From Utricularia gibba (Eukaryota > Plantae > Magnoliophyta), in contig CM007989.1 of NCBI GenBank assembly GCA_002189035.1, positions 310,001 through 374,000 on the forward strand: a stretch of DNA of 64,000 nt. Direction: 5' to 3'. The notes under the pieces are model-generated. The model had not been told where the DNA came from, did no database searches, and saw only the letters and a program-made list of their open reading frames with translations. Below are positions 53,501-64,000 of the stretch, one piece after another (the first letter of the stretch is position 1; every line of letters begins with the position of its first letter). The translations under genes and the position numbers were made by a program.

Positions 53501-56500
53501 TAAAAAAGAATCTGATGACCAATAGTAACTCAAGAAACTCCTCAAAATACTACAAAATAAACAGAATAGGCAGTATTCTAGCCCATGATTTATAGTAAAG
53601 ATTTACACCATGAGTTACGATATCACAATGCATCATTCCTGGATAGATCAGAATTCAACCTTTTTCTGTAGAAATAGTGGAATAGTGGAAAGCGTGTTAG
53701 TTGAAACTTACCATTATCCTCTTCAGAATAAACATATTCTCATTGGAGTACCCAACATGACAGTCTTCAGCATCAAAACTTTTTTCTGAATGTCCATTAT
53801 CAGCCTTTAGATCGTCATTCCTATGGTTAAATTTCCCCCCATATTTTTCTTTTTTAGATCTTTGCTAACTTGAGTGCAGTTCCAGTGAAAAGCCAACCAA
53901 ACTTCTCCAAAAGCTCCTCGGTCAAACTTCTTTTTTAAAATGTATCTGGAATGAAACGAAGATGATGCGATTTAAGGGAATGCCAAGATAAGCAAGTTCT
54001 TTGAAAAACATTCAAATAGCCACATGCCAAAACAGGAAAATTAATAAGATGACAGGACGTGGAGAATCTCTTGGAAAAAAAAAATGTTTTGAAACAGATC
54101 AATAGATAACATGAAAAACACCTCACTAAAAAGCAGGGAACCCTTCAAATACTTCCTATTACATATGGGTCACACAAACACTCAAAACCACACATACAAT
54201 AGAAATTTTTTCAGTTAAGCATTATCAGAAACCTGACTCTCAGAGATGACAATTCTTAAACTGTATTTCAATATGCATTTCATTTACGAAAAATTGTAAA
54301 ACTAGTTGGAAAATAAAAAACAAATTAGGGATCCATTACCTAGTATATAACGCAGCACGCTCATTATGACCTGCATAGTGAAATGGAATTGATTGCAGTA
54401 GACCAAAGAATCTTGCAAAGTCATCCGAGTTAATGCACCTTCCATCACCCTCTTTTTTATATGATCCCAAGTACAGAGATGTACACTGATCAGCATTTTC
54501 ACCATATGGTTGACCTGAAACATCAGTATACATGGATAATTAAGGATACCAGATTAAAAGCTGCTTCAGTTCAGCTATTGCAAAAATACATATGGAAAAA
54601 CACACAAACGAGCTTGTTGCTACTTGAATAGAAAGAAGCACCAAAAGAAGATTTGTGAGATCATATGGAAATACAACTTACCCCATGAAAAATGACCAGC
54701 CTTGCTCAAACCATGTGAAAGGTCAGATACAGATACCTGATCATCTTCATGGATCCAAAATGTGTAATCATCATTCACATCAAGGTTTTCTGATAAATAA
54801 AAGCATCCAAAGTTGCTTTTCTTCCCCTCAACCTGCAGTGATGGGATTCAAATTGCATATTATCAGGAATACACGTCAAAAGAAAAGATTATGAAGCCAA
54901 TTCACATTTACAAACATCATATCTTAATTATAGAAACTCAAAACAACAAACAGAAAGTATATTAAGGGTGACAATCTAGATATTTCTTAACAGCTTCCAT
55001 CGTTCATAAATTTACGAACAAAAATTACGCATTTTTTTTAGAGCTTAAAGCTACCTCTATTTGTACGCAATCAAGTTGAAAACACCATGTTCCAGCTTCA
55101 GAATTTACATTCAAGTTAAGGGGTCAACCATGTGCTTGAGATGCCATTAGTATCACCAAAAACAGGAATGTAACCAACATGTTCGCTATAGAGATAAAAC
55201 CCAAACAAAGTACTGTAATAGAAAGGACTGAACAGAAATCATCTGTCACACGGATATAAATACATAACGTTGCATGAAAGATCAAAGAATATTAACTTTC
55301 GCATACAAGGCCTGAATGATTTCCGAAAGAGAATAATTTAGAAAGGGTGCGAAAAAAGTAGAACAGAATAGCCAAGTAACGAAAATGATAGCAGAAAATA
55401 AATTTTGAACATACCAGCAATCTATCTAATCTTGAAGCCACCGGATGAGGTCTCAATTCCATAAGTGCCGAAGTGTTGTGATCACCTAAAAATAACTGAA
55501 GTTTCAGAGGAAGATTTAGGACAAAATGCAGGTTTGCACAAGATATTCTGATCACAAGATAATGTTCAAGGTGATAAGACAACAGAAAATTACATGATCT
55601 GCTAAAGTTTCTGTAGTTATGTTTAGATGCCAGTTGTGTATGTCCCTTCTCCTGGGAAAAATTGTGCCCTTGTATTGGAATCACAACAGCTGCCAAGTTA
55701 TCCATGCTTCCACGATCAAAAGCAGTATTGACAATGCATGCAGCTGATGAAAGTGAACATGAACTTGGCTCTCTCCTAGTTAAATTCGAAACAGGTTCCC
55801 ATAAAATATCACAAATGTCCTGGGATCTAAGCTTTTCAAAAACACCATCAGATGCAGCAATCACAAAAGTTGTATTGATGGTCAAAGGCTGCCAGTCAGT
55901 CACCTCTGGTACAGGTATTACACCAAAACTGCACGTTATTCAGGAATGTCAGAGATCCTATTTTGCCCTTAAACAGATATCTGGGGTTCATATATTAATT
56001 CCTTTCAGATAAATGACCCTACCTTTTAAAATAAACATCACCAATTGCTCTTGATACCGCCAAATAACCATTTACTCTAGCTACCCCAGCCCATTCAGAA
56101 ACAAAGCCTCCAGCAGATTCAATTCTTGATTTTTCATCATCACGATCAGGATGATGATCTTCTGTCAGTTCTCTGGCGACTAAATACATCCAGCCTTTAG
56201 AGGCCATTGATTTGAAGCTGTGATATTCTTTTATGGAAGAAGAAACCCCATCCATTCTTCGCTGCCTGAGAAGCCTGGAAACAGTTGCTGCAACACAAGG
56301 AGTAGAATCAATGAATCACATAAAAAGAACGGTAAAAATAAAGTAATCAAGGACGAACTTCAATAGTAGGGCATTCGGGCATTTATAAATTACTATTCAT
56401 TATTCAAAACATGACGATTAGGAAAGAGAATCAGACCTTTAGCCTCAGAAGGAGACTGATATACTTCAGTGCACAAAAATGCCTTAGAGTCACCCACGTT

Positions 56501-57555
56501 AGCTACAAGAATCTGTGCATCAGCAATAAGTACAATAGTTGCCGTAGTGCCAGAATTGAGACCATATCTAGATGCAGCCTTCAAAAGTCAAATGCAACAT
56601 GAGTAGAGGGCGACTATGAATCAGAATCAAACCAAACGGGGGGAACACATATTATAAAATACCTCAGAAAACGCTGCATCAATATCATTTATTGCTCTCA
56701 ACAATGCTTCCTTCAGTAACTCGAAGGGGAATGATCCGTCTATAATAGATGAAATTCTTATCCTGAACCCGCAAAAAAATCGGTAGTTGTATACAGAATT
56801 ATGAAATAAAAATCAAAGAATGAAAACCAACAAGGAAGTGCGAGTTCATACAAGAAAGTTTCATATTTTAGATTGAAAATAGAAAGCCAGAAAAATTTAG
56901 TGATGGAAGGTGACATGAAAAAACCTTCTGGAATTGAAGGTTTGATGATGAAGTTCGTCATCCCAGTTCATTTTAAAAGAGCCAAGACGATTCGCTCCCT
57001 GATTTGGTGGCTGCTCAATCAATTTACGAGACAATGTTGAATATATGGAGTCAAGAAGGAAATACGTATGCAGAACAAAATACTCCAGAAGCGATGCAGA
57101 AGCCATTTCACTAGCTTCAGAACCATTATGGCCATCGAATATCGCCATAATCCCAGCAGTCACTTCCTTCACTCCACTAGGACCTCAAAAGGCAAAAGAA
57201 GTATTAACAAGAAAGGAGATTCAGTACTCAATCTTTTCAGAAAAAAGATAAACAAAAATACACCTGTAATCCATCACTCACCAAGAAAAGGGATGCGCAA
57301 ATCGAAAGTGCAGAGTGCACGATCTTCCTGCGACTTCCGACGACCTTGTAGCACCGCCGACTCACATACAACCGACGATGACACGGAGTACGAATCGAAA
57401 CTAGAGAGAGTCCAACGAGGACATTTCGGGGATCGGAACACCGCCGGCGCTCCTCCATCTACGTACACCGCTAAACACGTCGACGACTCTCCGGTAACAG
57501 GAACAACGAACCCGAGAGCAAACCCAAAAACAAGGATCAGAGAATCAAATTTCAT
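50553..57555 (-). CDS. PP2C-protein kinase fusion (PP2C51-like) with hydrophobic N-terminus; apparent -1 frameshift at ~53835-53856
   Basis: PP2C motifs QEDR, IFDGHNG, NVGDS, ASDG, SMDN. Kinase motifs [55 protein letters not shown]. The exon at 53712-53945 is 1 nt short of frame. Confidence 0.88.
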
Positions 57556-58923
57556 CCCCAGTGTCCAATTCGAACAGCAAGAAATTCAGGAGGAAGAGGA
57601 ATTTATAAGCGGGCGCCCAATGCGTCAACCATTTCATCGCCGCGAAACACGTGATCGGGAAATAGGAGACGATAGCCGGAGTTCCTCCGTCGGAGACACC
57701 ACTTACCTCTTCGACGTAGCACAGAAAACCCCGGTGAGAACAAACCAAATCCTCAATTGCCTTCCGAAGGGCGGTTGAGTTACACTAATAAAAACAGGTG
57801 AAAATAATGTTTAAAGGCGTCTGGAATCATTTTTAGCATGAGTTAATTCAAATTTGTTAGTTTTTAATAATTAAAAAATAAAAAATTTGAATTTAATGGA
57901 ATAAGGGTTACCAAATAAAGAAAGTTGTAGGGATTGAATGGTGTTTAGGTTGAAAAGGATCATCATTACAGATGATGCTCCTTCTGTCAAACGGATTGAT
58001 ATTCTTTCTTTTCAGGGGAGGTGCTGTTCCTAATCATGGCAGGTAGGAGATGCTGTTCATCACCCCGTGGGTGGATATTCGGGCAAACGAGGTAGCCACT
58101 AAGAAATCATCATGTATCAAGATGATGTATTCACTACCAACATAAGCAGAAAAATTCCGCATATATGCTTCCATTTTTCCTTTGAAGCATTTCTACAAAC
58201 ATGTTATCTGCAGAGGTCTTGATCACATCACTGTTCCTGCGTACCACCCACCCAAAACCTACAAATTCAAAGACACAAAACAAGATTCAACACAACTAAA
58301 CAAAATTATTCCAACAAAATTGCAAACTGGCTTGGAGGGAAAAGAGGGTGGTGCAGCTGGACTATTTTGGAAATGAAGCCCCAGGTACATAACCTGCTGC
58401 TGTGTATGTAATGGAATTTGGAAGGAGCATTTGGCCTCCGCATCCATCATGCAGCTTCCATTTCATCGGGAAGCAATGCCTTCCGCTTCTCGGAGGTCAT
58501 TCGGCAACTGCCCTAATCGTCTCTTGCATTCGTCCAACGCAAACAATGGAAACCCGAAGTCGGTGGAAAGGCACGAACCTTCCTTTTCTTTCTTTTTTTC
58601 TTTCAATCATGAACCTGGAAAGAAGAAAATGGGCGACAAGGAAGATGAAGGTGAGTTTTGTGGGTCCAATTTTCTCTTCCTGTAAAGGTTTTTTTTTATT
58701 AGTATAAGCATGTTTTTCAATATTTATGAAGTAATTATAAAACAATTTTAAACAACTCAAATTTAATAAAAATGAAAATTAATATTATTTTGTTATTATA
58801 AAATTACCCATTCCACAAATACAATGCATACACACACCATCCGCTATATTTGCAGTAAATGCCCACACCAAACAGCTCCTGCTTAACACGTAATAAACCA
58901 CACCACGACATGTGCAAAGAGCT

Positions 58924-61900
58924 TCAGTTGTTTCTAACCGGGAAAAACTTCACAGCCCATCCGATGGGCCATGTGACTGCAGCCATCCCGACACAGATGC
59001 ACCACTGTGCTATGTTCAATCTCACGGTGTTGGCGAAGTTCCCCAGAAACTCCACCATCATGATTTGTAAGATCACTGTGACTACAATTATGCTAAGAAA
59101 CAGCTTGTTTTTATGGATTCCTTTGAAAACATTGTGCTTATCCAGGCTTCTTGAGTTGAACTCGTTGAATATTTGGCAAAGAACAAATGTATTGAATATG
59201 AGGGTGTTGTTTACCGGCTGGCTTACCTCAAAGATGTCCCTTCCGAGAAATTGCAGAATTAGGAGGATAGCTATTTGATAAAATGCCTGAGCCAGAATGT
59301 TTCTCCACATGATGTTGGTGATGAGAGGGGCGGTTCTTCCCACCGGGGGTTTGTGCATGAGTTCTTCACTGGGGCGTTCTGTGGCTAGAGCAAGAGCGCC
59401 GAGTGTGTCCATGATTAGATTCACCCACAGAAGTTGAACTGCAGTGAGGGGTACTTCACCAGCTGATACTGCTGCAATGAAATTGATTACCAAGGCTGCC
59501 ACATTGACTGTGAGTTGGAATTGGATGAACTTTTGTATATTGTTGTAGACACATCTACCCCAACGAAGTACAGTAATCACTGTGGAGAAATCGTCATCTA
59601 GGATTACTACATCGGAGCTCTCTTTTGCGACTTCTGTTCCCTGGATTCCCATGGAAAGGCCTACATCAGCTTCTTTTAGTGCAGGGGCATCGTTCGTTCC
59701 GTCACCTGTTACAGCCACCACATGCCCTTTTTCCTTCAAGCAGCGGACCATTAGAAGCTTGTCTAAAGGTGATGACCTTGCTAGCACCCGAATGCCATCG
59801 ACTCTGTGCATCCTTTCTTCGTTGGTGTAATTTCTGAACTCGATTCCTTCAATGACTTCTCCAGGGTTGGCTTCTCTATCTGTCTTAAGTATGCCACATT
59901 CTCGAGCTATGGATTTTGCAGTGAACAAATTGTCGCCAGTGATCATCTTGATGTCTACGCCAGCGATCATACACGCTTGAATGGCTTTTTTAGCATTTGG
60001 TCTACATGGATCTTTCATGCCAACTATTCCAAGTAATGTCAAACCTACATCACTCATAGTTGGATCTTTACCTTCACCATTTGCACTTGAGCTACACTCC
60101 TCATGTTCGATTTTCTTATGTGCGAATGCGATGCAGCGGAGACTGGCTGCAGCCATACCTTGTATGATGTTCTCCAATTGGGATCGATTCTCTTCAGTCA
60201 TCATCCTTATTTCTCCTGTGGACACATAGAAACTTGAGCAGCTTGATAGAATCATCTCTGCAGCCCCTTTCCAATGCACATGAAGAGAGTTATCAACATT
60301 GCTTGTGATCAATACCCCACTACGTTTCTTATCCGAGTTGAATGTTTCCACTTGAAGAGTTTTGTGTTGCTGCTTCACTTCATCCATATCGATGAAAAGA
60401 TTATTAACACCCCAGGAGAGAACTGCTTTTTCAGTTGGACTTCCAAAATACTGCACAGGAGATTCTGGCCTCAATTTAAGAACACTGCCTGTTGTGTTGA
60501 AGGCAATTCCCTTGTGAAGCAATTCAATGAGACCTTGAGAAATGATTTTGTAAGAACTCTCAAGTATTTCTTCGTTACCTATGAAAAACTTGGTCACCTT
60601 CATCTCGTTGATCGTCAATGTCCCAGTTTTGTCTGTGCAAATAACAGTTGCTGATCCCATTGTTTCACAGGCTGAGAGTTTGCGCACCATGGCTTGGTCA
60701 GCCATCATCCTCTTCATTGAATAAGCAAGTGTAAGAGTGACGGCTAATGGGAGGCCTTCAGGAATTGCCACAACCACTATGGTCACTGCAGCAGAAACTA
60801 TTCTCACCACAGAGCTGAAGACATCGTTAAAGCTCCGATCAACACCGTTGAATTGCCGATTACCATTTTCATCTCGTGTGTTCCGTGTGAAGTAGCGAAT
60901 CAGCATCACTACAAAGACAGTGGAAGCCACAGCAAGTCCTACTTTTCCAATAAAAGAAGTAAGTTTGCTGAGGCGCTCTTGTAATGGTGTTTGTTCCACA
61001 GATTTGCGAGTGATGGAGGCCATCATTTGCCCCCAAGATGTGTTCATTCCCACGGATACAACCACCATTGTTGCATATCCATCAACAATCTTCGACCCGG
61101 ATAACAAGAAGGGATTGAGAGTTGAGTTCACTTCCATATGATCGCTCTCCCCTGTCATGCTTGATTCATCTACTTGCAGTGAGTGTCCATCAATGAACAA
61201 GCCATCAGCCGGAACTTGACCTCCGATTTTCAATACGACGATGTCTCCAACAACTACATCATTGATTGAGACGTTTTGCCTCACACTGTTCCTTATAACC
61301 TCTATTTTAATCTCATTACTGATTTTTGACAGCTTACTAAACTGCCTATCTTGCCTAAAGTTGCTAGCAGCAGAGACAACTACCACAAGGAACACAGCCA
61401 AGAAAATGCTACCCCCCTCATACCATCCCTCACGAGCACCATGTTCAGCTATTCCAAAAGCAAGAGACAAGGAAGCACACACCAGGAGGATGAGAATGGT
61501 CATATCCCACAAAGCCTCCAGAACAAAATGAAGAATCCCTTCTGGTGGTGGCTTCGGGTATGTATTTGAACCAAATTTCGTTTTCCGTTCATATAAGTCC
61601 TCTTCATCTCCATTTACACCTCTTTCCAAGTCGGTACCTAGCAGCCCTGCCACAGCTTGGATACCACCATATCTTTGAATCTCATCCAAGTCCTTGTTCT
61701 TTACGATTTCAATGAGCTTTCCAAGGTTAACCTCGTGCGAGAGCTCAATATCAAGTGCTATGTGAGGAACACGTACCGAATGAGCATCAATGGAGTAATA
61801 CTTGTAGCTCAGCTCTTTCTTCCTTAAAAGATGGAGCACAGCAAGAACAGCAGCTCTCCATCTTTTCTGTGGCCACGTCATGGAAAGCTGATTGACTGGA

Positions 61901-61932
61901 ATCCATATAGGATGATATCTCCCTTGATACAT
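58924..61932 (-). CDS. ACA12: Intronless autoinhibited P2B Ca2+-ATPase, ACA12/ACA13 type (about 1002 aa; start codon inferred)
   Basis: Motifs DESSMTGESD, IPEGLPLAV, ICTDKTGTLT, KGAAE, MITGDN, AVTGDGTNDAPAL, QLLWVNLIMD in a single ORF. Lack of introns fits the ACA12/13 clade; the exact ortholog is uncertain. Confidence 0.9.
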   Translation of the reverse strand: MYQGRYHPIWIPVNQLSMTWPQKRWRAAVLAVLHLLRKKELSYKYYSIDAHSVRVPHIALDIELSHEVNLGKLIEIVKNKDLDEIQRYGGIQAVAGLLGTDLERGVNGDEEDLYERKTKFGSNTYPKPPPEGILHFVLEALWDMTILILLVCASLSLAFGIAEHGAREGWYEGGSIFLAVFLVVVVSAASNFRQDRQFSKLSKISNEIKIEVIRNSVRQNVSINDVVVGDIVVLKIGGQVPADGLFIDGHSLQVDESSMTGESDHMEVNSTLNPFLLSGSKIVDGYATMVVVSVGMNTSWGQMMASITRKSVEQTPLQERLSKLTSFIGKVGLAVASTVFVVMLIRYFTRNTRDENGNRQFNGVDRSFNDVFSSVVRIVSAAVTIVVVAIPEGLPLAVTLTLAYSMKRMMADQAMVRKLSACETMGSATVICTDKTGTLTINEMKVTKFFIGNEEILESSYKIISQGLIELLHKGIAFNTTGSVLKLRPESPVQYFGSPTEKAVLSWGVNNLFIDMDEVKQQHKTLQVETFNSDKKRSGVLITSNVDNSLHVHWKGAAEMILSSCSSFYVSTGEIRMMTEENRSQLENIIQGMAAASLRCIAFAHKKIEHEECSSSANGEGKDPTMSDVGLTLLGIVGMKDPCRPNAKKAIQACMIAGVDIKMITGDNLFTAKSIARECGILKTDREANPGEVIEGIEFRNYTNEERMHRVDGIRVLARSSPLDKLLMVRCLKEKGHVVAVTGDGTNDAPALKEADVGLSMGIQGTEVAKESSDVVILDDDFSTVITVLRWGRCVYNNIQKFIQFQLTVNVAALVINFIAAVSAGEVPLTAVQLLWVNLIMDTLGALALATERPSEELMHKPPVGRTAPLITNIMWRNILAQAFYQIAILLILQFLGRDIFEVSQPVNNTLIFNTFVLCQIFNEFNSRSLDKHNVFKGIHKNKLFLSIIVVTVILQIMMVEFLGNFANTVRLNIAQWCICVGMAAVTWPIGWAVKFFPVRNN

Positions 61933-62463
61933 GAATTGGGAAGTTGGGCTTGTCTCAGTGCACAAATATTTCTTCTGGCTAAAAAAAAACAGGAAAATGA
62001 TACAAAGGGAGAAAAAAATGAGATGACGAAATAAGAAAACAAATTGGAAGATCAGAAATGTCAGTGTGACAAATAGGTGAAACACCTATTTGTAGAAACA
62101 CTAACTTCATAAGATAGTTCCAGGAAATTCTGCAGAAACACCTCATGTTAACTTAACATAACTAAGGAAACAAAGACCGGCGTTCGAAGTCTACACATGG
62201 AGAAGAAGTTTCCACACAAAGACCTTGACCGCCATGCCGTTACGCGACCAACATCCACGAAAAGAGACGGAACCCACAAAGGAGGCCTGAGAGCACAAGG
62301 CATACAGGTGCCTTAAAAAGTTGTACGCATCATCAGAGGGAAATTGTATCCAAATGATAAGGATAAGGAAATGAATTTTGAAAAGATACTGGAATTCCTC
62401 ATCACCTCTACAACAGCTGCTGTAATAAACTCTGCTTCATCCGGGCGTCATGAAGCTTAAGTT

Positions 62464-63125
62464 TCATCCCCTGTTTATCAAATATTCGTCAACATTTGCA
62501 TCATCAGAACCCAACAGATCCTTTCCCTTGACACAGGAAACCATACACTTGCCACTAAATTCACCCCATGATTTGTTAAATCCGAGAATTGCATTACGAT
62601 GACTTGCCCCATTCACAAAACAAACCCCAGAAATCAACCTAAAAGCCTCCTTCCAATCCTCAATTCCCAAATCCAACACACCCAACTGAACCAGGAAGTC
62701 CTAAATGCAGGGGAGCACTTCTGCTTCGCAAAAAGCTCGCATTTTTCCTTTGCGGATGCGAAACACGCTTCCATTTCAACCGCCTCGCACTTGGCCCTTT
62801 CAACTAAATCCTGTTTAGAAAAAATACCGAAAAAAGACTTCCACCAAGGAGGTTTGCATTTCTCTGAAGCGGATACGGAACAACCAATTCGAGCGCCCGA
62901 TTCGCACTGCGAGATGATCTGGGCTTTGCAGCGACCGTAGGCTTCAACCCAGTCCCGTGGGCTCTTGAAAGCAAGACGATACGGACCCGTTGAGGAATTC
63001 TCTGGTTTGCATTCCTTGATCACCACTCGCAGAAGGGGAATTGGGCGCGGAAATTGGATTAGGGTCTTCTCCGCGGAATACTCGTCAGAGTCTAGAGGCG
63101 TGAGCGGCCGCGTGCTGCCGCCCAT
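62464..63125 (-). CDS. Conserved Cys-rich plant protein of unknown function; apparent -1 frameshift at ~62700
   Basis: FPRPIPLLR..GPYRLAF..W..AY..C..QI..QCESGARIGCSVSASEKCKPPWW..C...EMEAC...AKEKC..FAKQKCSPAFR. Adding one base joins it to ORF 62464-62685 (..KGKDLLGS..). Confidence 0.7.
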
Positions 63126-63342
63126 GTCAGTGTGGCGCCTGAAACCCCCTTCGACTCGACGCGTCTATCGTTCGTTAAATCGTTGTTGAACAGTGTACAC
63201 GTGGTATCCAATTTTTTAATAATTTAAAACATTGTTATATTTATTATTGTTTTAATTTAATCATGCGTCATCACATACGTCATTAGTAATCTTCAGCTTT
63301 CCACACACAACCGTTGACCGACAGACAACGCGCGCGTTGACT

Positions 63343-63948
63343 TCAGTGGGACGAGGAAGACGAAGTGGAGGCCAGCAGCATCATTCGCACAAATTCCTCG
63401 AAACTCACCGAACCGTCGCCGTCGACGTCGGCTTCTCTAATCATCTGCTCCGCTTCTTCAAGCGTTAACCGCTCTCCCATATTCATCATCACGCTCATCA
63501 ACTGCACGAAAGAAGCAGAAAGCACTTGGCAGCTGAGCATGAAAATCCGATAAACAGACGATTACAGATGTTTCTTGAGCAGGAAACTTGCCTCGACGGC
63601 CGATATGTATCCATCTTGGTCCCGATCGAAGACCTTGAAGGCTTCTTTGAACTCTTCCACCATATCGTCCTGTCAAGGGAGACATGAGAATGCGATGGAG
63701 TTCAGTCTGTGCAGTCAAACCCATACTGCAACTCTAATGAACGAACGGCGGAGGTGGAATTTTGGGAAGACGATGGCATGATGAAACTACCTTGTTCATC
63801 CTCATCATGATGCCCACGAACTCGGGGAAATATATCCTGCCATCCCCATCAGGATCCACCACTCTGAACATCTCTTGCACCTCTTCTGTCGTGGGATGCT
63901 CCCTCAACGCGAGGATCACCGACGCCAACTCCTCCGTCGTGATCGCTC
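63343..63948 (-). CDS. CML: Calmodulin-like protein, 3' exons (first exon beyond window end)
   Basis: [10 protein letters not shown]...[14 protein letters not shown]|..[22 protein letters not shown]|[37 protein letters not shown]; GC-AG intron at 63502-63591. Confidence 0.92.
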
Positions 63949-64000
63949 CTGCAGTAAGCATACCCAATCCTCTTATACTCGTTCTTCCCCACAACAATAA

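Noticed and set aside
54542-54549. GTATCCTT (minus), a U12-like donor inside the PP2C-kinase gene
   Set aside because: It lies ~25 nt from the acceptor of an ordinary GT-AG intron that already gives the correct frame.
63502-63591. GC-AG intron in CML and Tyr at position 9 of an EF-hand loop
   Set aside because: GC donors and degenerate EF-hands are common in plant CMLs; recorded in the feature only.

Overview
Gene-dense plant (eudicot) nuclear DNA with short introns and intergenic gaps: about 22 host genes plus one intact retrotransposon in 64 kb. In order: DUF868 (partial), RPS24, an RPS18 pseudogene, an OVATE-family gene, a TPR-only remnant of a ROF/FKBP62 immunophilin, two SMP/D-34 LEA paralogs split by a young intact Ty1/copia element (7410-12939), a PNRC-motif gene, an FLZ gene, EFG1, an At4g18490-like gene with an AT-AC U12 intron, WDR4/TRM82, an inositol polyphosphate 5-phosphatase, STN1, BUD32, PEAPOD/TIFY, a signal-peptide PP2C, EOL1, a signal-peptide PP2C-kinase fusion, an intronless ACA12/13-type Ca2+-ATPase, a Cys-rich conserved unknown gene and a partial CML. 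Best leads: (1) an apparently secretory-pathway PP2C-kinase fusion beside a PP2C-only paralog; (2) a copia element with non-canonical TG...TA ends, an 18-nt tRNA-Trp-type PBS and an ORF running into its 3' LTR, inserted just upstream of a LEA ABRE; (3) a PPIase-less ROF derivative in an ABRE-rich LEA neighbourhood. At least five genes show a single -1 frameshift in a homopolymer, most likely assembly error. All gene models are manual and family names come from recalled motifs, not searches.
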